From positions 95,658-159,657 of the forward strand of contig JAQGDQ010000508.1 of the NCBI GenBank assembly GCA_030141605.1: DNA of 64,000 nucleotides, written 5' to 3'. The notes under the pieces are model-generated. The model worked only from the letters and a program-made list of their open reading frames with translations, was not told where the DNA came from and did no database searches. The first letter of the stretch is position 1. Every line of letters starts with the position of its first letter. The position numbers were made by a program, and so were the translations under genes. Below, piece after piece: positions 23,852 to 63,769 of this stretch. This DNA comes from Tubiluchus corallicola (taxonomy: Eukaryota > Animalia > Priapulida).

Positions 23852-24229
23852 TAGGGGTGAGTATTCTCTACCAGAAAGCGAACTCGAATCAAACCGAATT
23901 TGTGACTTTCGAATTCGAATCGAACGGAACTTTAGTGTTTCGAATTCCAACCGAAATCGAATTGAGATTGCAAGATTTTCAATCAAGTTTTCGAACCACC
24001 AGTAAAAATTAGTCTTACAAAGATCATGCATAGCACTAGATTTTGTTCTGCAATAAAACGAGCAGTAATTTCTTTAAAATTGTGCAGAGAAATCACAGCT
24101 AAATTATGCTAATTGCATGATGTTTCAATCATTTTAGGGATAAAGAACATAATGTGATTGAAGTGCTGAATTATTCGAATCTATAGTTTTGCATTCGAAT
24201 CGAGCTCGAACGTTCGATACTCACCCCCA
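23852..24229 (-). mobile_element. hAT-like MITE, family A copy 2 (reverse orientation)
   Basis: TAGGGGTGAGTAT...ATACTCACCCCCA, flanks gtgttcac / gtattcag. Reverse complement of copies 1 and 3. Confidence 0.8.
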
Positions 24230-24457
24230 GTATTCAGTGTTCAGTGTAAATTTAAATTAGCAAATTTATTTGTTAGAAAAATTTCAAGGGCTATTAAATA
24301 ATTTAATTTTGGTCAAAATTTTAGTAGTTGACAGATAAATTGATAGTTGTATCACTATTCATAATAATAATAGTTATATTAATAATAATACTAATACTAC
24401 TACTAATAATAATAAATAAAAAAAGAATGTAATAAATACTTTTAATGATGAACTTAT

Positions 24458-24825
24458 TAGGGGTGAGCATCGAATGTTCGATTTCGATTCGAACCTAAAA
24501 CTATAGATTCAAATAATTCAGCACCTCAATCACATACATTCTTTATCATTAGAACGGCTGAAACATCATACAATTAGCATAATTTAGCTCTGATTTCTGT
24601 GCACAATTCTGAAGAAATTATTAGTAGTTTCATTGCAGGCCGAATTCAAAAGTAATATGCATGATCTTTGTAAGGTTGTTTTTGCTGGTTGTTCAAAAAC
24701 TCCTTCGAAAATCTTTCACTCTCAATTCGAATTGCAATTCAAAATACCAAAGTTCGGTTCAATTCGAATTCAAAAGTTACAAATTCAATTCAAGTTCACT
24801 TTGTGGTAGAAAATGCTCACCCCTT
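24458..24825 (+). mobile_element. hAT-like MITE, family A copy 3
   Basis: TAGGGGTGAGCATCGAA...AATGCTCACCCCT, internally collinear with copy 1. Confidence 0.8.
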
Positions 24826-25347
24826 ACCTTTATACAGGACTAAATAATAATCACAGAATTTAATTTCCCAGGGCAAATAATCAATTATGAAAGAAACTAA
24901 ATAGCCGAACAAGCCATAAAACTTTGAATTCGTTACCAACCACAGTAAAGCAAATTAAAAAATATATAATCATTTATCTGTTCCGAATATCTAAAAAACG
25001 AACATGATGACATCTATTCCAGTTGCGACTTCATTTAACCATGACCTTGCCAGATATCATTATATTTTAAGAAAGGCAGGCAGGCAACAGATTGTTATGC
25101 CTATCAAGTCTATTGTAGGCACTGGGCAGGCAGCTAGTCAGAGCTCTAAAATAAAAGAAATCTGCCCTCACAGCAGTAATCCAACAAAAACCTAGACACT
25201 GTTTGTCAGCACTACTTACGCATTGGAGAGTAAGGGAGTACAAAAATGGATTGCTCCTTGTAGGAACAAGTTATCAATGAAATAGAAGTGAATTGAACTT
25301 AAATAAGCGATGCCTCCTGTTTATGAAAATTTCCAACACACGACAAC

Positions 25348-28300
25348 ATGCCGGAAGAGTAAGGTTTACTTTTTACTAAAATCATTGTGAAATTAAAGTT
25401 TGGCATATGGTATCTGAAAAAAGCAGCATTTAGTTTTTTCTGAACAGATTTCATATGCCATACCAGCTACTCTGCTTACCTCCAAAATTGTCTGACTGTT
25501 TGTTTATGAACTCTTGTTGCTAGTCTCTTCTCGTCCGTAGCTGTATTCTATTTGTCTCTTGAGGGTCTTGACCATACTTAACATTTACACATAGAATTAT
25601 TCCTCTGCCTATAAGCTCACTTCCGAGGTCCTGGTAACAAACTGCCCATTAAAGTACATCTTTTGGATTGGTACGAATCGCGGCCCGAAAGTGGTTGTTC
25701 AAACTATTAATTAAAAGTATTTACTATTATTGAACTTGAAACGAAAGTTGAAGTATTCGTTGAAGGTACATCCACCATATATTCTGGTTGTTGATTCCAT
25801 AACCCTGGTGTTTTTCCGGTCAAAAGAAACGTTGCTTTTAATTAACTATTTTATGGTTTAAACTTGTGTAAAAACCTCTGCTGGTTCTGCCTTGTGTAAT
25901 TCTTTCCAAGTTAATTTGTGCATCATTGTATCACTGCTTGATCTTATAAACTTCGGACATGTCACCTGTAAACTCAACAGATTAGCTTAGTATTAACTAT
26001 TATTTGGGAGTTTAATGTTGATTCTCTTGTTGTGGCAAAATATAGTATTGATATTAATATAAGTGTCGATCCAAAGTCTAAGATAGAAAGGTGTATAAAA
26101 TGGGGGGCTTCGTCTTGGTGATTCTGTTCATTTATGAAACACAAAATCAAAAGCAGAATAAAGTTGGGTTTCTGGTAGATGATGACAGACATGCGAACAG
26201 CAAATTATAAAGAAACGTCAGCTTGGCAGAAGATACTCTTCTAGACCCATAGTGTTTATGTGTTCTTAACAATGATAATATTGTAAAGGGCAATGCTTAG
26301 CTCAATGTAAATTTTACTAGAAGCCAAGGAATCTATATGGAGAGGCCAACAAGCTCTACTTTTACATAAGTGAAATAAATTTAAACTATTAAGTTGTCTG
26401 CTGAGAAAGTAAATTTGGTGATTTGACCAATTTCTTAATTCTGTGCAAACTGTGAGTAAAAGACAGCAAGCACATAGCTGTTCACCACTGCACTGGCTTA
26501 GAAAATATATATCGTGAAATAATGTAAACAGCTGTTAACAGTATAATCACATGGTCAGCAAATAAGCATTAAGCATATGAAAAAAGTGAACTGATCTCAC
26601 TGTGGCTTCATTTCAGTCAAGGGCTTAAAATGTTGTATGAAAATCTGTGGAATGGTATAACCACGCACTTGATCTTACAGCATACCGTATTTGTTTTAGA
26701 GCCTGTGCTTGATTCAGGACCTGTCTAATTAAATATCTAGAGAAACATAATGAAAAAAATAATATGCACACCTGTTTGAAGAGCCCATCCAGGTGTAGGT
26801 CAATATATTGAAAAATGTTAGGCATCATTCTCAGTTCATATGCAAAATTTTACTGTTACTTTTTGCAATCAGATTAACATGCAAGAACACGTGTGAAGTG
26901 ACATAACGTGTCTATCTGTTAATGTAAAGAGATTTTTATTGGATGTGCAAATTAGATTCATGTTTTGTGTAGCCAACTCCATGACAGATGCCATCAGAAA
27001 AGTATTACTGTTTGGCATACAAACAATACATACTAAAGAAAAAAGTATTGTTTGTATTCATTCATTGATACGGCACTTCAACTAGATTACTTTTATGTTG
27101 AGAATTAAATAACAAATGCCAACAAGCATTGATTGCAAAATAAGTACCCGGGACTTAAATCTAGTAAATACAGTATTCAGTATTTGTTTGTGTGTGTTAA
27201 GTGTTTTGTTTGTGTAGCTAGTTGGAGAAGATAATTGCTGCTCATGCCCTGGCAGGCACTCGAAACCTTGTTGGTTTCCTGACCCTGATCTATGCAAATT
27301 ATTAGTGCAAAAGCAAAAAAAGTGTGGCATATCGACTCTTTAACATTGCTAACTCATATTGCAGTATGCAACTAGACTGACTGACTGACAACATGTTGAT
27401 ATAAAATGTTGTAGTTTGTAATTGTGGAAAATAGAGGGTTAAGCAAAGCAAATTTAAGTTATGTTCACTGATCAAATGAAGGTCTGTGTAGATATCGCAG
27501 GCACCAGTTAATTGTTATTTTACAGTTACTAGAAGAAGCACATAAGCTTTCGTAAATTGTGCTTAATGGATAATACAAACACTCTAAATACAAAAAAGAT
27601 TTTGGCCCCTTGAAGTTGGAAATCGTGTGGGATTTGAGTGTAATAAATTTTGTGAATAATGATTGAAAAGTTCATCATAAAAATTAGCAGCACAATCATA
27701 AAAGGTTTTCAAGCAAAATTTCAGCTTTTAATGTGAAAATTAAACAAAATTGTTCTTATTTTTTTTATTTTAATTTAGCACAAAACCAAGTTGGGCTGAT
27801 CAGGTCGAGCAAGGTGAAGATGGTAAGTACAATGGAAAGTAAATGTGCTTACATACTGCGTTATGTTTTTTATTATTCTGAAATGGAGCAATGAATTTAT
27901 TTCTTCCAAATCCCATTTTGTTAGAACATATAATTTTTTAGATGTTTTAGATGTTCTTTAATTGCCATTTTTACATCTGTTTGTTAGTTAGTCACCAATG
28001 TTTTTGAAATATACATAATCTGCTGTAAGATAAAAAGGCTGGACATAACGTCACTACGTACACAAACATGCTGAGCTTTTGTTTATTTTCTCATATATAT
28101 CATCAGCATCTTGTCTGTAGCAGACAATAAACACAAAATAGGTAAGTTTATGCTTAAATTTGTGGTTTCCATTAAAGAAGAACACTACAATGGAAATGAC
28201 TAATTAGGTATTTATTTTTCAGTACTTTTCAATTACTTTGTGCAATACTGCTTTGCTACCAGTAAATTTGCATCTTTATTTTAAATTTTTGCACAGGTCC

Positions 28301-28431
28301 TCTGAGTTTTCGAGTTTGTGTTTTGAGTTTTCTATAAGGTTATATTTTTAGTTTTCTATTCGTTTTAAAGAGTAAATAATTTGTTAAATGCTAATTCCAT
28401 TTTCATACATCACATTCTTGTCTACTAGCTC

Positions 28432-28490
<59 letters not shown>

Positions 28491-31400
28491 AATAATAATA
28501 GTATTGCTTAAAATAAGAATGTATAAATAGGGTTTTATCTGCGAGCATCACGGATCTAACAGAACTGTATGCTGAGTTTGTGTTGTTGTTTTTCTCAGAT
28601 AATAGAACTAAAATATATTTGTAATTTAAAATGAATATGTAAAATTCGTATCTCATTTTTGATTTGTTATTTAAAATAAAATGGCATTGTTCTTGCAGCT
28701 GATCTTCCTGCAAACTCAGAAACACTTGAAAATGGAATTAAAACAGTCACTGAATACAAATACAATGATGAAGGAAAGAAAGTTAAAGTGAGTCAAGCTT
28801 TTTGTACTTCGTGAAATGCATTAAACATTTTAGTAGTGATCTGCAGTGCCCTCTGTTGACTGTGATAACAAACAGTATACAATAATGCTGATATTGTTAG
28901 AAAATCGATTCTATTGGCAAGGTGTTATTAAAACATTATGTAGCCGCTATATTACTACTTTTAGTATAAATTTAGCATGTATTTCACCTATCTCATTTTT
29001 TTAAATTCTGCATCAGTTGCCTCTTTTAGAAATGACTAATTTTTCGAAATTGTGCTTTTCAGGTCATTCGCCAGTATAAAATAGAAACACGTAAAGTGTC
29101 AAAGTCTGTCGCCAGAAGAAAAGTATGATGTTTGTTTGTTTACCAGTTTGTTATAGTTGTAAAATGCACTTAGGAATTACTTGTTTATTATAAGTAAAAG
29201 ACCTATGCCTTTTAATCGAAAGCTAATGTGCCAAAGTGACTGTTTTTAGTTGAAGTAGGTTATTGTGAGGTCATATTTTGAACTAGGAAATATCAATCTG
29301 CAAGAAAGGGATAAATGTTTTGAAGTGAAAAATTGAAATAACAAATTATTTGGCAAATCAAAAAGTGACTATGTTACAAGGTGCGTATTTTGACAAAGAT
29401 GAGTTTTTGTATGTAAACTGGAGCAAAAATACTTTTTGTAGTAAGAATGTCAATGAAAGGTCGAAAATCCATGTGGGGTCTTGCCAAGTGAGATTAACTT
29501 ATATTTTTCCACAAAAAAAATTTAGCAATAGTAGTTGCTAGTACAATTGCAAACTTACACAGCAGTTTATAAAAGATGTTTTGCAGTAACTTATTACTGA
29601 AAGTCGCTTAAGGTTTCAAAATGTTTTAGAAAACTCATATCAAGCTGGTTACCATTCATGGACGATGTGAGTCATATGACAAATCTTCACTTTCAGTATT
29701 AACATTCTTGACGCACATAACCAGACTAGCATGCCTAATTTTCCGCTAACACGTTAGAAAAGAAGCTAGTTCTTATTAAAAATTCCTCTGTAGAAAAAGA
29801 AACTAGTGCAATAGAAATATTATTATAGTACATGCACTGGCGGCCATTGCTAAAATTACTGGGGGTGCTGCTTCAGAAAATTTTTAGCCATTGTTTTAAT
29901 ACTGTGTAAAACGAAACAAACATGTAATTTTAATGTTGTAATTTGTAATTTTAAACAAACAAACGTATGAAAGTTTATACATAAACTTGATAAAATCCTA
30001 AACAAAAAAAATAGTTTTGGCTTATTAATAGTCTAAATTGTCTCAGTTCAAGCTTAATCCATTCACAGTAAGCACTTGACAACCGACAGCAAACTGCTTG
30101 GGCGACAGTACTTTCTCTACCTGGGCTCAGACATGTGCATACAGCCGTATGAGCACAACAGCCAAACACTACTTTGCTGGAGCGCACTGTACTGGGAAAC
30201 AAACAGTACTGCCCTCATATGCTCTGGTTTTGTATAAGTATAAAGAAAGAGCTAAGGAAAAATACTTATTATCTTTAATATTTTCGATAATATTAAGTGA
30301 AAAGGGGGGGGTACTGCAGTTCCACAGTACCTATACACGAGCCGCCATTGAGTACTTGTATAGCAAGAAAGGAAGCATATTATATAATTGACACAGCTAA
30401 GTTAGCACTCTAAGTTAGGTTGAGCACGTTAATGTGTTTTACTCTGTTGCAGGCCTGGACAAAATTTGGAGCTGCAGCAAAAGATGGTCCAGGACCAAAT
30501 CCAGCAAACACAATTACTGCAGAAGATGTTTTTATGCAGTTCGTAGGCAGTAAGGACGTAAGTATAATTTATAATTTGTATGACCTCAATTATGCATATG
30601 TAAATTTTATTGGGAGCAAACAAATCTACAGTAGATTGCATGCAGATGAAAAGTAAACATTGCCGGGATTATAAGCACAGATATCTTTTGAGTTCTAAGC
30701 TGAAAATGATTTTGGCGACTTGTAAGCTGATGATAAATATGATTTCTTTAATTCTGTTTTCTGCTCGGCTCCACTAGCTGAATCTGTAAACAGCAGGGGG
30801 ATCCTTCTGTGAAAGTTGTAGTTTTTACTATAATTTTTGAATCATTGAATAAGTGTCTAGATTATGTACTTATGTCTAGGATCAAATGAATCCATGTTAA
30901 TGAAGTATTTACATATACTTATGTAATAAAAAACCCATTTATTTAACATTTTACTTATAACTATATTTGGCTTGTTTAGCAAGCTGAGGAACAGGAGGAT
31001 CCTGTAAAAGATTTGAAGAATGTGCGTGTCACTTGTCGTATGTGTAAAGGAGACCATTGGACGACAAAATGTCCCTACAAGGACAGTATAGTACCATTGC
31101 AAGATCTTGAGAATGCTGTGAATAAAAGTATGACATGCTTATACATTATTTTCATTTGTCATTTGCTGTTTTTTATAGAATGACTGAAAATAGTATTCTT
31201 ATAGGAAGCACATACCACTTGGTATTAGAGGTGACCATCGAACCGTCAAATTCGACTTGAATGACATTTAATTCTATTCGAGCTTAAAATCATAGATTCA
31301 AACAATTTAACACTTCAACTACGTGCATTCTTTGCCGTCAAAATTTTTGAAACATCATGAAATCTGCACAGTTTGGCTGCAATTTCTGTGTACAGTTTTT

Positions 31401-33373
31401 AAACAAATTCTTTAGTGTTTTTGATTCGAGTTCAAAAGTCACAAAGCTTATTTGATTCGAATTCACTTTGTTGTAGAGAATTTTCACACCCAACATGTTG
31501 AATTTACTTTATTACTATCATTACAACTAAGAAAAATATCAAATCTGTTATTATAAAGTTTAAAGTTAATTTACACTCTCACTGTATAAAAATTTCCAAA
31601 CTACCATTCCTCTGTAAATTATTGCGTACATCACCAAACTATGTGGTTTTTCTTAAGTGAGTTTTTTGTTTTTTTGTAAACGTTCATTGCTTAATCTGTA
31701 ATTCAAACTTGTACAACTTACTTAAAGTTTACTCGGAAATATCACAAATCTACTTTGATCAATGAATTAGTTTAACTGCCTGTATGGATATACCAGAATC
31801 TATCTAATTATCGAACTAGTTTCACCAATTTTTTTATTAATGTTTTTCTTAGCTGGACCTGCACAGGATGTGACACAAGCTAAAGCTGATGTAGGTGGTC
31901 CAAAATCTGGAAAATATGTACCACCTAGTATGAGAGATGGGGCTGCTCGTCCTAAAGGAGAATCGATGCAGGGCATGCGACGAGATGAACAAGCTACTAT
32001 CCGAGTGACGAATTTGTCTGAGGACACGAGAGAATCAGATCTGCAGGATTTGTTCAGAGGTTTTGGCACTATTTCAAGAATTTATTTGGCAAAAGATAAA
32101 CACACTCAACAGTCAAAGGTGAGTGAGTTGTTTGTGTCGTTAAACATTCTAGTACTGCTAAGTAAAATGCAAATTAACAAATTTCGTTAGAAATGAGTGT
32201 TTAGTAATTAAGCTTAAATGTAAATGATCGAGTTATACAGATGATTTAAACAATTTTTATCGTATAATTTCAACTCGTCTTCTGGGAGTCATCAGATGTC
32301 AGGAACATTTTAAAAAGTCATAATATATAGTTTAGAATACAAAAGTTGATTGTGACATGTGTCTGCAAATAACAAAAAAAGAGCCAAATGCAATGGCAAT
32401 TACTTGCAAATATCAGAATTTTTACGAATAAAAAAGAATAAATTAAAGCAAAAATCTATGACAAACAAAAAACATAGAAAAAGTAATATCTGAAACAAAA
32501 CTTGTATTTAGTTCTTTGTTTTTTTATTTATTGTTATAATCAACTTTTATATTCTAAATTGACATTGCTGTTTTTGAAAATGTTCTTTACATCTCATAAT
32601 ATAACTCCCCCAAGGGGTATCAAAATACCAAGATTAACATTTTTTTTAAATCATCCCTAAAGGCTACAGCCAATCATTTTTATGTTTGTGGTTAACTTAA
32701 GTGGTGTCAATATGTCTATTAAATCTTTAAGTAAAAATGATAGCAGCAATGTTATTGTTTTTGCAGCAGTCGATTTTTATTAACTTTAGTAATACAGACT
32801 TCAAGAGCCTGAACTTCAGATTATCCAAATATTATTTTTGAAATTTGTTTTTATTTACAATAATTTACATTTTCTGAAGCTTAAGAGTGCAGTAAAGAAG
32901 TTTTTAGGAACTTAATAGTTCAGCAAAACAATTATAGACGTGCAGTTTTATAAATGAAGCACATTTAGAAGTGGCCATTATTAATAATTGTCGTACGTAG
33001 AAAAGCAGGCCACACTGATGGACTGGCTTTGTGTATTTTAGGGTTTTGCTTTCATCACCTTCCACCGTAGGGAAGATGCGGCTCGTGCCATTGCTGGAGT
33101 TTCGGGATTCGGATACGATCATTTAATTCTAAATGTTGAATGGGCAAAGTAAGTTGAAATTCTTTAAGTAACATTTTTGTAATAATAAATGAAGGTACTT
33201 GCATTATTTTCGCATAGATATTTTTGTGTACAAAGAAATTAGGCATGTAGGTTATGGTAGGTAGTACTATTCAGAAAATGTACAGAAAAATGCAAGTGTC
33301 AGACAATCAGTGACTTTTTAATGTACCTAAAATAACATTTATCTATTTTTTCAGGCCTTCTACACAACAATGA
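25348..33373 (+). CDS. EIF3G: Eukaryotic translation initiation factor 3 subunit G (9 coding exons)
   Basis: Exons 25348-25358, 27779-27822, 28699-28787, 29063-29122, 30453-30557, 30980-31127, 31853-32118, 33042-33148 and 33355-33373. Protein [14 protein letters not shown]...KTVTEYK...[20 protein letters not shown]...[17 protein letters not shown]...[11 protein letters not shown]...[21 protein letters not shown]...[41 protein letters not shown]. The 11-nt first coding exon is inferred from acaacATG context and phase. Confidence 0.96.
28431..28500. repeat. (TTA)n/(TAA)n microsatellite
   Basis: Direct reading. Confidence 0.95.
29835..30350. mobile_element. hAT-like MITE in an eIF3G intron
   Basis: Ends CACTGGCGGC / GCCGCCATTG, flanked by 8-bp TSD agtacatg / agtacttg (7/8 identical). 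Confidence 0.78.
31226..31492 (+). mobile_element. hAT-like MITE, family A copy 4 (diverged, internally deleted)
   Basis: TAGAGGTGACCATCGAA...GAGAATTTTCACACCCA. Shares internal blocks with copies 1-3. Confidence 0.65.
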
Positions 33374-34081
33374 TGATAGTTATCTGCTGATTATTGGTTT
33401 CACTTGACTATCATGCTACATTGGTATCGACCAAATGATATCTATCAATTGTCACTGAAATCCTTTCCATTGCTAACATTTCAAACACATATGAAATGGC
33501 TTAATATTTGTAATTTTATCTGCCACTGTTTGTAAGATGTTAGTTAAAAAATTTATGATGCGTATTCAGGAATTATCATAATGATGTGCAAAACGACACA
33601 CTACTGTATACGTATGTATCATAAGAAATACTACATAATATAAACTGTAAAAATTATAAAAGCATTTATTTTGGCGTCACGTATACTACAATAAATGATG
33701 TTCAATGATTAACATTTAACACAAAAATTTAATAACTGTTGTCTTTCCTTGCTATAAGTACATAAATGATTACTTGCAAGAAAACATGTGTAGGCAGTGT
33801 GGTTTTCTGCCTATTTTAGTGACTAACACAATTTTTTAAAACTAGTTGACTACAACTTGCATGGCGTAACAATTTTTGACGCCATTAAAGAACAGACTTC
33901 AGCAGTTACGAACATGATTAGAAGTACAACCCAGAAGGATACTTGTTCTAGGTTTGGTGAAATTTAGACAGCTAAACAATAAGGTTTTGTTAAATTATTG
34001 TATTCCAGGATGTTCATGGTAAATTACGGCACTAAGTCTGATTACTAAAATTAAAAATTTTGTAAATTACAATAGTACGTA

Positions 34082-34634
34082 TAGGGTGTCCCAAAAGTCA
34101 CTATTCACTTTTAATTCTTATTTTCATTTTTAAATATTTCTTCAATTTTAGCAAGCTCTTACATGAATCAAAAGGGCACTTTGGCAATTCTTTCTGTTCA
34201 CTTTTTGGTTAGAACCCCGTGTTTACGCCAATGTCAGTAAGGTTTGAAATGATGTGCAAAATCAGCATGGCAAGAGGTCCTTTGATCACCTACTGAAGTT
34301 CAGCAGAAATTCAGACCACCATATGGACCACACTATTCTCTCACTATTAACAATGTGGTTTTTCAACAAGGGTAGCCCTTCATCATCTCTCATGGGCTGT
34401 GAGAGACTTTCTCAATGCAAGATGCCCAACTTGCCATTGGATTTGTCTCTGAAGCTCTTGATGTCACCAGAAAAGCAGCGAAAATGGCATTTCCAGATTT
34501 TTATCTAATTTGACCGTAAAGGAATTGCCCGAGGTTTTAGTTCGTCTGAACCAATTTTCAAACATTTTGCTTTGTTTGTTAAAAAATATACAAAACAAAG
34601 TGTATAATTTATGAGATACTTCTGAGACACCCTG
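34082..34634. mobile_element. Tc1/mariner-type MITE between the convergent eIF3G and ADAMTS 3' ends
   Basis: TIR (T)AGGGTGTCCCAAAAGT / ACTTCTGAGACACCCTG, flanked by TA on both sides. Confidence 0.7.
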
Positions 34635-35075
34635 TATATAAAAAATATATACATGTGAACATTGTTTAACTTTGTGAAGTCAGTCAGTAGAAGATAAAAG
34701 ATTTATGAGATACTTGAAAACGATTAATATATGGTACCATATACGAGAAGGATAATTTATACAATTCTCTGAACAGAAAATTAATATGGCAGTGGAAAGG
34801 AAAATGCACCAAGAATTATGAGACCAAGATGATGTCCACATGCGCTCGTTAATCTCAACATATTTATATGAATGTGAAATTAGGCACAATTTGTAACCGT
34901 GGTTTTACATCACAGACAATAAAACACGATCTTTCTAAGAATTTCGGCAGTTGTTAGCTTGGCAGTAAGCATAAGCTATGTCCCGGCTGCTTTGTTTCAT
35001 AGTACAAGACCAGTAAATCTCGTAAAGTAATGGCTGAAGAAGCTTTTAAACGTGTCTTTTTGGACTGCTGCTTTG

Positions 35076-61328
<26,253 letters not shown>

Positions 61329-63391
61329 CTAAAATAACAGAAAAAAACTTGTTTTACAAAAAACATGTAGGCCAAATGTAACTGTTATGAATGCTAGTAT
61401 TTCATAGAACTCAAATTTTTTCCACTTTTCACACGTATAACCAGTGGATAGTGAAATTTATATCTGTGAAATTTAAATGCTTGACTTTGAGATAAGAGAT
61501 TTTCTCTTTCAGTCATACGACTATAAGCTCAATAGTAGGCAGTGATGCGGTTAAAATTCTCCTTAGTTTAGTAATGTAAACAGTATGTATAGTATATTGC
61601 ACTTGATGATACTGTGTTCTTCTAGAACTGAGAAATTTGATTTTAAACAATGGTTGTTTACAGTCTTTATTCTTTTATGAGAGAAATCTTTTCGACCGTC
61701 TTGCATCACACTTTAAAGCAGCAAGATCGTACGAAATGTTAGGTAACTCAAGTCCACTCTCTTGGGCTCTGATTAATCTGATTCAAAGGCTGAAACAATA
61801 ACTCTTTTACTATAGCTTCATGCATTGCACAGGTCACATATAGTACGTTATTTTTCTCCTGTCAGACATAATTAATAAGGTGCCTGCCACTTGCGGCAAC
61901 ACTGGTCACAGTTTTTGCTTAACCCTGTACATTTTGAGTGAAGATCCTTTTGGGTAACCACTGGATCTGATCTAGTGTCGTCTACATTCTCCTGGTAAGC
62001 CAGCCAACATGCATGGACCACTAATTAACTTCGGCTTTATATCCTAGTTTCATTAGGAATCTCTAGCAATCTCCCGATATTCATTTGCTACATTTTTAGT
62101 TATGTATTTTCCTTACACATGTGTTTTATTCTTGAATTTTGAAAAACCCGCGTATATGTATTATACATACCACTCATGAGCATCACAATCTGATTTACCG
62201 CTGCATGCGCCACGAGCCACAAACACAACGTTGAGACTTATGTGATCAATGACAACCAGCAACGTTCAAACGAGAGGCTCATTGGCAAGTTATCAGGATT
62301 CAGAAGCATGACGAAGGACGAATTTATAAATGTGCAAAAAACTAAACAAAATCAGTTTAGCAGTTCGGCGGTTTTTAAGTGAAAAGTACTTAGCAAAGTT
62401 CGGTATCTGTCTAAGAAATTGACTAGTTGAGCTCCTGCGGTGACTTGTTAACGCATTTTTTTCTCAACAGCTGGTTTTCAGACATTCCCATCACCACAAA
62501 TTTTTGACTTTTTCGCGGTTATTAATCAATATACCGGCCTTCAAAAGTACAGACTAGCAAGCAATTCTTATAAAAAATTAGCTTTAGTGAACATTTTTCT
62601 TTCGCTGTCTGGCAGTGAGCAAACTTTCGCTTAAATTTTACATTATAACTTCGTTCACTACGTCACTTTTCTTCAAAAAAAGTTTAACTTTCGACAGTTG
62701 GTTTAAAACTGTCATTAGTTTTAACACATGGTCGTCTAACTGTGGGGTATTCTAGGTTGAATGACTGATGAGAGATTTTTCGCAATGACCCCAGGAAGCG
62801 GTTTATGACGACCACCGGGCGGAGGGAAGGAAGCACGCTCCAGAATGAAATTACTATAAATTTTCTGGAAGCACTTGTTGGTAATGTCAACAGATCCCAA
62901 CGCATCCCGCAATGCCAGACAGACAGGGCATGATTGCGACGTCTGGGAACATTCCTGCCACGTGGCCCATACAGAGTTTTTTTATTAAACGAAACACATA
63001 AAAGCTACCGGCGACTATGAAAAACTATACTGTTGTGTAAATGATAGAATTATCAGATCATGGGAGCAATGAACAGGCAGCCAGGAAACGAATAAAATCC
63101 GAATAAAATATTTTTAGGGCTTATTGCCTACAAAAACACGACTAAGGTAGGATTAAACATAAACAAATGAATGATGGATTGCAAACAGCTTACTAAAGTA
63201 CGACACGTTTGTCGGTTTATCAGCTACAAAACTGAAAAAAATGCAAAATCGATGATTATTCGCAAATGGAATATTTTATGCATTCACATTTCTCTGACCT
63301 AATTGTTCCTTAAACATGGACTGACTCTACGTACAGCGCATGCTCGGCTTAAAGAGCGGGAAAGTGACAAAACAATGCTAGAGTGAACTTA

Positions 63392-63695
63392 GAGCGCGTT
63401 CAAACTATAGCGATTTTCTCTCTGATGGCAAATTCGCAAGTGTGAACGGCTTTGCGAGGTACTGTCGATAAGTTACAGTTAGTTAGTTATTGCAAACTTT
63501 CCGACAATTGCTCTGAGTTGATTTCCTGCAAATTACTGTCTAGTGTAACGATAAAAGTTAATTATCGCAATGAATAGAAAAGGGACTTTCAGCTCAGGCA
63601 TGCTGTCGGAGAGTAACTCGTTGCTCTAGTCTGAACACAATTGAGAGTTAATTGGCGAGTTAACTTGGCAAGAAAATTCGCAAGTCTGAAATCAG
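63392..63695 (+). mobile_element. PIF/Harbinger-like MITE, family B copy 2
   Basis: Collinear similarity to 57629-57937, with TTA/TAA flanks. Confidence 0.6.
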
Positions 63696-63769
63696 TAAGG
63701 ATTCACAGATGTGCAGAAGACCAACGCCTTAATATGAAGACACAATGAGCAAAGATTGTTTTTAACATT

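Noticed and set aside
23696-24031. 111-aa and 73-aa ORFs
   Set aside because: They lie within MITE family A and have no transposase motifs.
25220-25967. Two minus-strand exon-like segments with good AG/GT ends
   Set aside because: All frames contain stops, including TAA, so neither a CDS nor a selenoprotein is supportable. At most non-coding exons.
27017-27057. Perfect 13-bp inverted repeat (atacaaacaatac / gtattgtttgtat)
   Set aside because: Too short and AT-rich to distinguish from chance or a tiny MITE relic.
30640-30790. Possible C/D-box snoRNA in an eIF3G intron (TGATGA ... CTGA)
   Set aside because: No terminal stem, and only about 9 nt of possible rRNA complementarity (GGCTCCACT). 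Would need snoscan/Rfam support.
62684-62905. 73-aa minus-strand ORF as the ADAMTS first exon
   Set aside because: No hydrophobic signal core and no convincing in-phase donor.
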